Of a stretch of DNA of 64,000 nucleotides, positions 51,304 to 61,084 are shown piece by piece (within the stretch, counting starts at the first letter, position 1; the number at the start of each line of letters is the position of its first letter). Source of the stretch: an uncultured Chloroflexia bacterium (lineage in GTDB: Bacteria; Chloroflexota; Anaerolineae; CG2-30-64-16); NCBI GenBank assembly GCA_963810095.1, contig CAWEMM010000009.1, positions 160,001 through 224,000 on the forward strand, in the 5' to 3' direction. The notes under the pieces are model-generated. The model was not told the origin of the DNA. It worked only from the letters and a program-made list of their open reading frames with translations, and did not search any database. Both the position numbers and the translations under genes were made by a program.

Positions 51304-51996
51304 TCAGGCATACGGCTCCAGGAACTTCTTCAGACTCTCGTTGCGCCGCAAGCGCTCCAGTACGTTCTGCTTGGTGCGGTAGACGTCCTGCACGGAGGCG
51401 AAGCTGGCGCCGTACTCTTCGTACACTTCGCCCGGCTTCATGAGAAGGGCATAACAGCAGTGTAGGACGATGCGCTCCTTCTCAGATCGCATTTCGCCCC
51501 CCACCGCCCGCCAGATCTCGGCCTTCTCTGCAGGTGACAGGGCTTCTTCGAGCGCGGCCGGTTCGGGCACCAGGGCGTCAGGGTCGTCAGGCTCGAGCGG
51601 GACGGTCGGTTCCGTGGCGCGCACGTAATCGGCAACGCTGCAGTGTGCGCACAACTGGAGGTAACGCAGCAGGGACCGGAGATCGGGGAAGTGTGCGAAG
51701 CGCGCCGGAGGAATCGCGATCCACAGTCGCTCAAACGCCGTGTTGGCGAACAGCTCTGCGTCCTCGCCCGTCTGAACGAACTTCGGATGGCGCCGGACCC
51801 AACCGTCCACCAGGTTCCGATAGTTCGCCATGAGCAGTTCGAAGGCGCCGGCGTCACGCTGGGCCAGCGCCCGCCGAAACAGCTCGTAGCAATAGCGGGT
51901 GTCATGGGCCAGGCGCTTGAAGAACCGCTCGGTCTCTTCGTGGCAGCGCCGCGCGACTTCGCGGAGCGCAGCGCCGCGGTGGCTGTCGGTGAGCAT
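51304..51996 (-). CDS. Sigma-70/ECF-like RNA polymerase sigma factor
   Basis: CYELFRRA...D..AF, AFERLW, LLRYLQLC.H..V.D..R, and a region-4-like C-terminus (K.NVLERLRR). Confidence 0.75.
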   Translation of the reverse strand: MLTDSHRGAALREVARRCHEETERFFKRLAHDTRYCYELFRRALAQRDAGAFELLMANYRNLVDGWVRRHPKFVQTGEDAELFANTAFERLWIAIPPARFAHFPDLRSLLRYLQLCAHCSVADYVRATEPTVPLEPDDPDALVPEPAALEEALSPAEKAEIWRAVGGEMRSEKERIVLHCCYALLMKPGEVYEEYGASFASVQDVYRTKQNVLERLRRNESLKKFLEPYA

Positions 51997-52100
51997 AGCG
52001 GTCCTTGCACCCAGGAATTGTGTGACGGGTCTTTGGTGCGAAAGTATAAGTGAGCACTGAATGTGAAGTCAATGAGACAAACAATCAGTTTTTGGACATT

Positions 52101-52661
52101 TCAGGGCGTCTCGAGTCGCAGCAGCGCCAGGGCCATCGCGGCCGCCCACGCCATGACCTTGAACTCGCCCTGCACGAGACCCTGGCGCACCTCTTCACGC
52201 GTCAGCAGAAGTGTCTCTTGTTCCTCCAGGTCGTCGCTCTCGGTCTTCCCGACGAAACGCGCGCCGCGCGCCAGGTAGAAGTGGCCGCTGCCCATCCCGC
52301 GGTTGGCATCGACGGGATAGACGCCCAGGTCGGTCCAGTCGGCCGCCTCGTAACCCGACTCTTCCCGTAGCTCACGCTTGGCGGCGCTCAGGGGGTCTTC
52401 CCCCGGTTCCATGTACCCGCCCACGACCGCGAGCGAAGGACGGTCCAGCGCATACTTGATCTGCCGGAAGCACAGCAAGCGCCCGTCCTCCGTTTCCGCC
52501 ACGATATTGACGTAGTCCGGGGTGATCACCCACGCCCAGTCGTCGATCACCTTGCCGTTCGGCCACTCAACCTGGCGGGATTCGACCGTCAGGTACTTGC
52601 CGCTTTCGAACACGGTCCGCTTGGAATGCGTTGCCGGTCGCGGGAACGTCTTCTCGTCCAT
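52101..52661 (-). CDS. NUDIX hydrolase (ADP-ribose pyrophosphatase-like)
   Basis: GGYMEPGEDPLSAAKRELREESGY; RQ.KY; DDLEE. Confidence 0.9.
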   Translation of the reverse strand: MDEKTFPRPATHSKRTVFESGKYLTVESRQVEWPNGKVIDDWAWVITPDYVNIVAETEDGRLLCFRQIKYALDRPSLAVVGGYMEPGEDPLSAAKRELREESGYEAADWTDLGVYPVDANRGMGSGHFYLARGARFVGKTESDDLEEQETLLLTREEVRQGLVQGEFKVMAWAAAMALALLRLETP

Positions 52662-52662
52662 C

Positions 52663-54089
52663 TCAACCTTCCAGGAGCAAGGCTTCGGGGTCTTCAATCA
52701 GCGTTTTCAGCCGCACGAGGAATTGAACAGCCTCGCGCCCGTCGATCACCCGGTGGTCGTAGCTTAGTGCGACATACATCATGGGCCTAATACCCACCTC
52801 GCCATTCAGTGCGACAGGCCGCTGCTCGATCTTGTGCATGCCGAGGATCGCCACTTGGGGCGGGTTGAGGATGGGCGTGCTGAGCAGCGAGCCGAAGACG
52901 CCGCCGTTGGTGATCGTGAACGTGCCGCCGCGCAGGTCCTCCAACGACAGGGCGCCGTTCCGGGTCTTCTGCGCCAGCGCCTCGATAGCTTGCTCGATCT
53001 GCGCAAACGTCATCCGGTCCGCGTCGCGCACCACGGGCACCACCAGCCCTTCTTCCGCGCCGATGGCGATGCCGATATCGTAGTAATGCTTGAGCACCAG
53101 CTCGTCACCCTGCAGCTCGGCATTCACCTGGGGAAAGGCCTTGAGCGCGCCGATGCTGGCCTTGACAAAGAAGGACATGAAGCCCAGGCCCACACCGTGG
53201 TGTTCCTTGAACGATTCCTTGTGCTTCGCCCGCAGCGCCATCACCGCGCTCATGTCGAGCTCGTTGAACGTCGTCAGCATGGCGGCCGTCTGCTGTGCCT
53301 CCACAAGCCGCCGGGCGATGGTCTGCCGCCGGCGGGAGAACCGCACGCGTTCCTCCGGCCTCCCAGATGCCCCCGCCCGAACGCGGCCTGAGGCCGGGTC
53401 GAAGGTGGGGCGGACGCAGGCGCCGGCTGCGCCTCCGTGGGTGCGGCAGCTCGCGGCGCTTCGGCGGCGGGACGGGCCGCCGGTTCTGCCCGCCGGCTTG
53501 CAGCGAACGCCTCCACGTCCTCGCGCGTGATCCGGCCGGATGGCCCGGCAGGGACCTGGGAGAGGTCCACACCGAGCTCGTCGGCGACCCGTCGTGCCAG
53601 GGGGCTGGTCTTGCCTTCGTCACTCTGCGGCGCCGCGCTCCCGGTTACTGCCGGCGCCGGCGTATTCGCCCGAGCGGTTTCTCCTTCGACTGCCGCGGCT
53701 GCCTGCGCGGTGGCTCGTCCGGCCGGCACCCGGTCCCCCTCGCCGTCGCCGCGGCCGCCTTCGGCCGGCAAGGTCGCCAGGGTGGACGACTTTGCCTGAG
53801 GTGGTTCGGGTGGCGCTGCCGCCCCGCCCGCCGCTTCAGGCTTGCGGCTGCCGGCCGGTTCGATCGAGCCGAGCACTTCGCCCACGCGCACATCCTCGCC
53901 TTGCTGCCGTAATATATTGCCGAGCACGCCATCGCCCTCTGCGCTGACCTCGACATCGACCTTGTCCGTTTCGAGGCGCACGATGGCTTCGCCCGTCTTC
54001 ACCGCGTCCCCTTCGGCCTTTAGCCACTCCGCGACCGTCGCCTCCACCACAGACTCGCCCAACTCGGGAACCCGTATCTCACTCGCCAT
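52663..54089 (-). CDS. sucB: 2-oxoglutarate dehydrogenase E2 (dihydrolipoamide succinyltransferase); frameshift near 53370
   Basis: Lipoyl domain VPELGESV...LETDKV, binding domain SPLARR...GRITREDV, and catalytic [14 protein letters not shown]. Confidence 0.95.
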
Positions 54090-54143
54090 CTCAGCCCTCC
54101 TCCCCCTGTGCCGCCGATAACTGTATTCCACCCAACGAAGAAC

Positions 54144-56946
54144 TCATTCGCCAAAGGCCCGCTGGATCAGCGCATTCTGGTTCACGACGTGCCACGCGGT
54201 CGACCCTTCGGAGGGACTTGACGCGCGCGGCCGGCCAATGTACCGCACGGGCGGCTCGCCGCGCCCGCACCCACCGAGCAGGTCCTGCAGCTTCGGCCGG
54301 ACAAAGTCCCACGCGCCCATGTTCTCGGGTTCTTCCTGCAGCCAGACGACCTCTTCGACGCGGCCGTAACTCTCGATCAGGGACGCCACCTCTTCCGTTG
54401 GGAACACGTACAATTGCTCGAGCCGCGCAATAGCGACGTCGGCATGTTCGTCGCGCTGCTTCGCCGCGGCCAGGTCGAAGTAAACCTTGCCGCTGCACAG
54501 GATGAGGCGTCTCACTGCCTCCCGGCGGTCCGACGCCAGCGCGTCGTCGATCACGGGCTGCCAACGCCCCTGCGCCAAGTCGGCCAGGGTGGAGGCCGCG
54601 GCCGGGTTGCGCAGCAGGCTCTTGGGCGTCAGCACGATTAGCGGCAGCGGGTCTTCGCCCAGCAGCGCGGCCTGCCGGCGTAACAGGTGGAAATACTGGC
54701 TCGCGGTGCTCGGGTAAGCCACCCGCATGTTCGTTTCAGCCGCGGCCTGCAGGAACCGCTCGACCCGTGCGCTCGAGTGATCTGGCCCCTGGCCCTCATA
54801 GCCGTGGGGCAGCAGCAGCACGAGCGACGGCGTGTGCCCCCACTTCGCGCGGGCCGACACCAGGTACTCGTCGATGAGTACCTGCGCGCCGTTGATGAAG
54901 TCGCCGTACTGCGCCTCCCAGATGACGAGGCGCGAGGGGTCATAGGTGCTGTACCCGTACTCGAATCCGACCAGGCCGGCCTCCGAGAGCGGGCTGTTGT
55001 GGATCTCGAACGCGGCCCGGGCCTGGGGCAGCGCCTGGAGGGGGATGAACTTGGCCCCGTTCGCCACGTCGTGCCACACGGCGTGCCGGTGGCTGAACGT
55101 GCCCCGCTCGACGTCCTCGCCGGTGAAGCGGACTGGCGTTCCGTCGCACAGAATGGATGCCAACGCCAGCGACTCCGCCGTCGACCAGTCTACGCCGATC
55201 TCCGCCTCGGCTGCGGCGGCAAAGGCTTTCCTGCGCCGGTCGAGCACGCGTGACAGCTTCGGATTGACGCTGAAGCCTTCCGGCGCGGACAGCAGCGCAT
55301 CATTCAGGGCCCGCAGCTCGGCTGCGACGACGGCCGTCGGCGCGCGTTTGGCGGCACCCCTTGGCGGCGCGGCGGGAGGCTCCTCGTCCACGTCACGCTC
55401 GGGCTGCAGCGCATTCGCCACCTCCTGCAGCTCGGCCAGGCGTGCCTGCAGCATCTCTTCGGCCCGCCCGGCCGGCAGATCGCCCCGCCGCGCCAACTCG
55501 CTGGCCCACAGGGTGCGCACGCTTGGATGCCCGTCGATGGCCTGGTACATAAGCGGTTGCGTAAAGCTGGGGTCGTCGCCCTCGTTGTGCCCGTAGCGGC
55601 GGTATCCCACCAGGTCGATGAGGAAATCGCGCTCGAACTCGTGCGCGTAGGCGTAGGCGATGCGCGCGGCTTCGATGCAAGCCTCGGGATCGTCGGCGTT
55701 TACGTGGATGACGGGGATCTTGAAGCCTTTGGCCAGGTCGCTCACGTACAGGGTGCTGCACACCTCAGGGCGCAGCGCGGTGAAGCCCACCTGGTTATTC
55801 GCGATGATGTGGACGGTGCCCCCGGTCCGGAACCCCTCCGTGTTTTGCAGGTTGAGCGTCTCGGCGACGATGCCCTGGCCGGGGAACGCAGCGTCGCCGT
55901 GGATCAGGATGGGCAGCACGAGCCGGTCGTCAAGCCGAGGCGGGCCGGGCTGGTCCACTTTGCTCATGGCCGCCCGGGCCATGCCCTCGACGATCGGGTT
56001 GACGAACTCCAGGTGCGAGGGATTGGCGACCATCGATACCTCGACATTGACGGCCTCGCCCCCTCGCAGCGCGCGGCGCGCACCCTTGTGGTACTTCACG
56101 TCGCCGGTCCAGCCCAAGTCGTCCCGGATCATCCAGTGCTGGCCCTCCAGCGGGTCCTTGAACTCCGCCAGGATCTGCACATACGGCTTGTTGAGCACGT
56201 GGGCCAACACGTTCAGCCGCCCGCGGTGCGCCATACCCAGAAAGATCGACGGCACGCCGGCCTCGGCGGCCTCGCCAATGATCTCGTCGAGGATCGGAAT
56301 CATCGTATCCAGGCCCTCGACGGAGAAACGCGTCTTGCCGGGATAGAATTTCTGAAGGAACTGCTCGAACGCCTCGACCTGGGTCAGCCGGTCGAGCAGT
56401 GCCAGGGGATCGATGGGGTCTTGCGGGGGACGGAAACGGCCCGACTCGACCGCATCGCGCAGCCAGGCGCGCGCCTCAGGATTGCGGAGATGCGCAAAGT
56501 CGAAGCCGAGGTGCGACTGGTAGACGCGGCGCAATCGCTCGATCGCCTCCAGCCCGTTCGCCGCCTCGTCGCCAAGCGGCCCGCCGACCAGGTGCGGGGG
56601 CAACGCCTCGAGGTCAGCCTCGGTAACGGCGTGGCTTGCCAGGTCGAGGCTTGGGTCGCCGGGAAGCGGGGAGCCCAGCGGGTCGATCTGCGCGGCCAGG
56701 TGGCCGTAGTCACGGATGGCGTTGGCGAGATTGACCAGGCCCATCACGGTTTCGTTGCAGGGGACGGCGATCGGGCCGGCAGCGTCCCGCTGCCTGCCCT
56801 GCGTCGACCCGTGGCGCAGGCGGGGCGAGACGGTCAAAGGCCTCTCGGGTGGCCGCGTCGACCGAATTCGGGTCGCGTACGTAACGCTCGTACAGCTCTT
56901 CGACATAAGCCGCGTTCGGGCCGGCAAACTCAGTCCAGATATTCAT
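54144..56946 (-). CDS. sucA: 2-oxoglutarate dehydrogenase E1; frameshift near 56800
   Basis: GPNAAYVEELYERY..DPNSVD, KTRFSVEG, GMAHRGRLN, GDVKYH, HGDAAF.GQG, RGTFSHRH and WEAQYGDF.NGAQ. Confidence 0.96.
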
Positions 56947-57085
56947 CGCTTCTCTCGGCACTTCAATCAAAACACGAGAGCAGAATATCCGGTTTATGGT
57001 AGAGGTTCTGTAAGGGGATGATCAGTAGGGGCGAAACGGCCCGCCCGGCTCACTCCTGGCGGGCCCTGGCATTGTGGAGAGCGGC

Positions 57086-57884
57086 TCAATACCCCCGCAG
57101 ATCCGTACTCGAGCGGCGAGGCAGGCCTTCCTTCGGCGTTCGCTTCAGCACCACGTACTCGATGCCGTGTTCGGCACAGAAGGCGCGCTTCTCAGGCTTG
57201 TCGCCATCTTCGTTCACCGCGTACATGTGCGGCCGGATCAGCGCGATTTCGGGTTCGGCATCCATCCACCCCATGCCCGAGGTGACGAGTGAGTGCTTTA
57301 CATAACGGCACGAGCCGACCACGTAACGGCGCTCGTCCTCGGGGAAGAGGGGATGGCCCTCGCCCTTGAGCAGGCGGACGTTGGCGTCGTGCCCCACCAC
57401 CACGTATAGGTCGCCAAGCTGCGAGCATTCCTCGAAGAACCGCACGTGCCCCGAGTGGAACCAGTCGTAGCATCCGGTGACGACGACCCGTTTCCGGTCC
57501 GGGATCCATGCGCGCAGGATCGAACTGGGCGGCAGGGAAGCCGGCCAGCTCCTCCGGCTCGATGACTTCCAGCCCCAGGCCGTGGCGCTGGCAGAACGCG
57601 CGCTGCTCGGCGGTGTCTTCGCCCGCGCGCACCACCCACTGCGCCGCAGTTGCTATGGCCCCGGGGTCGACCGGCCAGGTCAGCACCTGGTCGACGAACC
57701 GCACCGCCTCCAGCACGTAACGCCGTTCGTCGAGCGGGAACTTGCAGCTGACGTTGGCCTGCTGCACCAACTCGTCGGGCCAGAGCGCCACGCTGAGAGG
57801 GCCGCGCTTTGCCGCTGCTTCCAGAAAGCGGATGTGGCCCGAACGCAAGTCGTCAAAAGCGCCCGAAACGAAGACTTCGCTCAA
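57086..57884 (-). CDS. Tandem cytidylyltransferase-like (HIGH) nucleotidyltransferase; frameshift near 57490
   Basis: Domain 1 VSGAFDDLRSGH (degenerate HxGH); domain 2 VTGCYDWFHSGH...ERRY...RSSTDLR. The TTG start overlaps the upstream TGA. Confidence 0.8.
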
Positions 57885-58696
57885 CTTTCCCTCCGCTCTT
57901 CCGTCGTCCGCTCTGCCGCGGCCCGCACCCGCACCTGGAAGCCGCCCGGCACCGGGTCCTCCGACACGACATACAGGTACCCCCCGCCGCAGCCCGAGTA
58001 CATGGCGCCCGCGTACGCGCGCCTGGTAGTGCGCCAGCAGCGCCATCAGGTCGACGGCGATGGTCGGATGGCGTACGACGTGTGGGAGCAGGGTTTGCCA
58101 GCAGCGCATCGTTTCGTTCATCGACTCGGCCAGCCCGCGGCGTCACGGGCTACGATTGCCGCGTAACAATCCTTGCCCGACTGCCCGAGCCGCCGCACCC
58201 ACGCCGCGTCGAGGTTTTGTATACCCAGGGGGCTGTACCCCGGCAGACGTTGGACGACCGGGACCATCCAGATCACCTGCTCGAGCCACCGCGCCACCTT
58301 GGGCTCGTTGCACGATTCGACGTGACACGGAAACCACCCGCCCTCGACCTCACTGTCGTAGTCCAGCCGGTTGACGCCGGGGTAGATGAGCCCTGCCATG
58401 TCCTGCGAGCCGCTGGGCTCTGGCTTGCCAGCGTTCTCGGCCTGGTAAAGCTCGCGGACCAAGTCTGCCGGGTCGCGGCCGGGAAGCTGGGGACCCCACA
58501 GCTGAGCGGCCACGTTGCGCGTGCTCGTCCCCATGCCGCAGCGGTCCATGAAGCGCACGGTGGGCTCGATGTTGACGACGACCATCGAGCCCGGCGCGTC
58601 AGGATTCAGCCGCGAGACGAAAGGTTGGTCGATCCAGCCCCCCGCAAAAGCCATGCGATAGGGGATCTTGCCGATGATATCGGCGATATCGGGCAT
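57881..58696 (-). CDS. Divergent GHMP-family sugar kinase; frameshifts near 58130 and 58020
   Basis: IPYRMAFAGGWIDQP, CGMGTST, SGSQD and YSGCGGGYLYVVS correspond to the GHMP motifs. Confidence 0.7.
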
Positions 58697-58708
58697 AGCT
58701 CCCTCATG

Positions 58709-58741
58709 AGAAACCTGGTTTCTGTCAGAAACCAGGTTTCT
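58709..58741. repeat. Double palindrome AGAAACCTGGTTTCT-gtc-AGAAACCAGGTTTCT
   Basis: Read directly; each 15-mer is self-complementary around its central base and the pair forms a perfect inverted repeat. Confidence 0.75.
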
Positions 58742-58759
58742 TAGCCTCAATGGTTGTGC

Positions 58760-59809
58760 CTAAATGTGATCGGTGACGACCTGCTTGCCGGCCTTCCGGT
58801 CTTCGTACTGGCTCTCGATCCACTTGAAGGTCTTTGCCATGCCTTCGCGCAGCGGCGTGCTCGGCTCCCAGCCCAGCACCTGCTTGATGAAGGTATTATC
58901 GCTGTTCCGGCCGGCCACGCCCTTCGGCGCGGTCGGATCGTAAGTGCGGTTCAGCTTGGCCCCCGCGATGTCCTCGACGATGCTCACCAATTCGTTGATC
59001 GACACAAGTTCGCTCGACCCGAGATTGATGGGCGTCGCGAGCAGTTCGTCGCAGTGCGTGATCATGTCAATGCCATGGACGCAGTCGTCGATGTACATGA
59101 AGGAGCGGGTCTGGGTGCCGTCGCCCCAAATCTCGATCTCGTACTTGCCCGTGTCCTGGGCTTCAACCACCTTGCGGCACATCGCCGCCGGCGCCTTCTC
59201 GCGGCCGCCGTACCACGTCCCGAGCGGTCCGTAGACGTTGTGGAACCGGGCAATGAAGGTCTTCATGCCGCGCTCGGCGGTGTATTCCTGGCAGACCATC
59301 TCGGAGAACAGCTTCTCCCAGCCGTAACCGCGCTCGGCCATTGCGGGATAGGCGTCCGATTCCTTGAGCGCGCGCACGTTCGGGTCTTTCTGAAGCAGCG
59401 TATTGTAAGCGCATGCGGACGAGGAATAGAAGAAACGGCGCACGCCGGCCCGATACGCGGCCTCGGTCATGTGCATGCCAATCAGGACGCTGCGCATACA
59501 CTCGATGCGGAAACGCTCGATGAACCCCATGCCGCCCATGTCGGCGGCGAGGTTGTAAACCTCGGTCGCGCCCTCGCAGGCGCGTACGGCGTTTTCCCAT
59601 TCGCTCACGTCCAGGTTGAGCGACTCGACCCCCGGCACACGCTGATACCACTGGTACAGCGGCTTCTTGTCGACCGCCCGGATGCGGGTGTAGCCGAGGT
59701 CATGGAAGTAGCGGGCGAGCGCGCCGCCGATGAAGCCACCGGCGCCGGTGATGACGATCAACTCGTCCGGGGCAAGGTCACGTTGGATGTTCGGATAGGA
59801 CTGAGCCAT
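58760..59809 (-). CDS. GDP-mannose 3,5-epimerase-like NAD-dependent epimerase
   Basis: GAGGFIG, NLAADMGGMGFI, SSSACAY, YGWEK, GGREKAPAAMCRK, IWGDG.QTRSF and GVAGRNSDN are GME-type signatures. Confidence 0.88.
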   Translation of the reverse strand: MAQSYPNIQRDLAPDELIVITGAGGFIGGALARYFHDLGYTRIRAVDKKPLYQWYQRVPGVESLNLDVSEWENAVRACEGATEVYNLAADMGGMGFIERFRIECMRSVLIGMHMTEAAYRAGVRRFFYSSSACAYNTLLQKDPNVRALKESDAYPAMAERGYGWEKLFSEMVCQEYTAERGMKTFIARFHNVYGPLGTWYGGREKAPAAMCRKVVEAQDTGKYEIEIWGDGTQTRSFMYIDDCVHGIDMITHCDELLATPINLGSSELVSINELVSIVEDIAGAKLNRTYDPTAPKGVAGRNSDNTFIKQVLGWEPSTPLREGMAKTFKWIESQYEDRKAGKQVVTDHI

Positions 59810-59852
59810 TAGATTCTCCCTTGAGTGGTTCTGATAACGCAAGTTAGTATTC

Positions 59853-59923
59853 ACCACAAAGGCACCACGGCACCACGTTCACAAAGTTCTTCCTGTGCCT
59901 TCGTGTCTTCGTGTCTTTGTGGT
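59853..59923. repeat. Short palindromic element with 8-nt internal repeats
   Basis: ACCACAAAGGCACCACGGCACCAC...TTCGTGTCTTCGTGTCTTTGTGGT; ends are inverted. Confidence 0.6.
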
Positions 59924-59927
59924 TCGT

Positions 59928-60941
59928 TCAAGCTCCCCTGCAAACAGGCCCGGTGGAGCGGCGGACGACGAGCTCCGTCGGCAAGACGATTTCGGTTGGC
60001 TCCGCCGGCCCGCCCTTTTCCAGCCGCTGCAGCAACAGCTCGGCCCCGCACCGGCCCATCTCGTAGGCAGGTTGGCTGGCGACGGTCAGGAACGGATCGA
60101 GAATCAGCCCATCGGGCAGGTCGTCGAACCCGGCAAGCGAAATGTCGTCTGGCACGCGCAAGCCCGCTTCGCGCAGCGCAGCGAACGCGCCGATCGTGAT
60201 GAAGTTGTTGGTCGCGAAGAGTGCCGTCGGCCGGGGCGTGAGCGCGAGCGCCTGCTGCGCCATCGCCTTCCCGCTGAGGGTCTCGGGCTTGCCATAAAGC
60301 ACCCGGGCCGCGTCAAAGGCCAGCCCGGCATCCAGCATGGCGCGCCGCGCGCCGGCGATGCGATCGACCGCCACTGAGGCGTCTGGCGCTGCGCTGAGAA
60401 CGGCGATGTCGCGGTGTCCCAACTCGACGAGGTGGCGCACCATGGCATACGCCCCGCCTTCAGAATCACAGCGGACGGTGTCGACCGGCGCGCCGGCAAT
60501 GCGGCGATCCAGGATCACCACTCCGACGCCGCGCCGGCGGGCCAGGTCGGCCGCCTGAGACGACGACGCTGCGGGCACCAGCAGCAGGCCGTCCACCTGT
60601 TTCTGCAGCAGCACCCGAACGTGGGCCGCCTCTTCCTCTTCCGACTCGTCGGTGTTGCAGAACATCACCGAGAATCCCTGGCTGCTCGCGGCGTCCTCGA
60701 CGCCACGCGCCATCGTCGTGAAGAATGGGTTGCCGATGTCTGTGAGCACGAGTGCCAGGGTGTGTGTCCGCTTGACGTGCAGGCTGCGTGCGAGTGCGTT
60801 TGGCACGTAGCCGAGCTCGACGACCGTTGCCATCACGCGGTCGCGCACCTCGGGGCTGGCGTACCCAGAGTTGTTGATGACGCGCGAGACGGTCATGGTC
60901 GAGACGCCGGCCTTGCGGGCCACGTCGGAGATGGTGCTCAT
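59928..60941 (-). CDS. LacI-family transcriptional regulator
   Basis: TISDVARKAGVSTMTVSRVIN, YVPNALARSL, NPFF and VPDDISLAGFDD. Confidence 0.96.
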   Translation of the reverse strand: MSTISDVARKAGVSTMTVSRVINNSGYASPEVRDRVMATVVELGYVPNALARSLHVKRTHTLALVLTDIGNPFFTTMARGVEDAASSQGFSVMFCNTDESEEEEAAHVRVLLQKQVDGLLLVPAASSSQAADLARRRGVGVVILDRRIAGAPVDTVRCDSEGGAYAMVRHLVELGHRDIAVLSAAPDASVAVDRIAGARRAMLDAGLAFDAARVLYGKPETLSGKAMAQQALALTPRPTALFATNNFITIGAFAALREAGLRVPDDISLAGFDDLPDGLILDPFLTVASQPAYEMGRCGAELLLQRLEKGGPAEPTEIVLPTELVVRRSTGPVCRGA

Positions 60942-60949
60942 TGTCTTGC

Positions 60950-60977
60950 TGTTACGGATAACATGATATGGATAACA
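60950..60977. promoter_or_regulatory. Tandem LacI-type operator candidates
   Basis: Near-palindrome TGTTACGGATAACA (60950-60963) and related TGATATGGATAACA (60964-60977), immediately upstream of the LacI start. Confidence 0.55.
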
Positions 60978-61084
60978 TACCATGTCTTCCGTCCTGTGTC
61001 AAGAGTGGGGTGAGGTTAAGGAGCGTTTCTCCATGAGGTCCACCGCGCCCTTCCGGCACGCTGTCCGAAAGCGGAATAGGCGCG

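Noticed and set aside
52663-56946. Programmed frameshifting or pseudogenisation of sucA and sucB
   Set aside because: No slippery sites were evident, and the same indel pattern affects many unrelated genes. Sequencing error is simpler.
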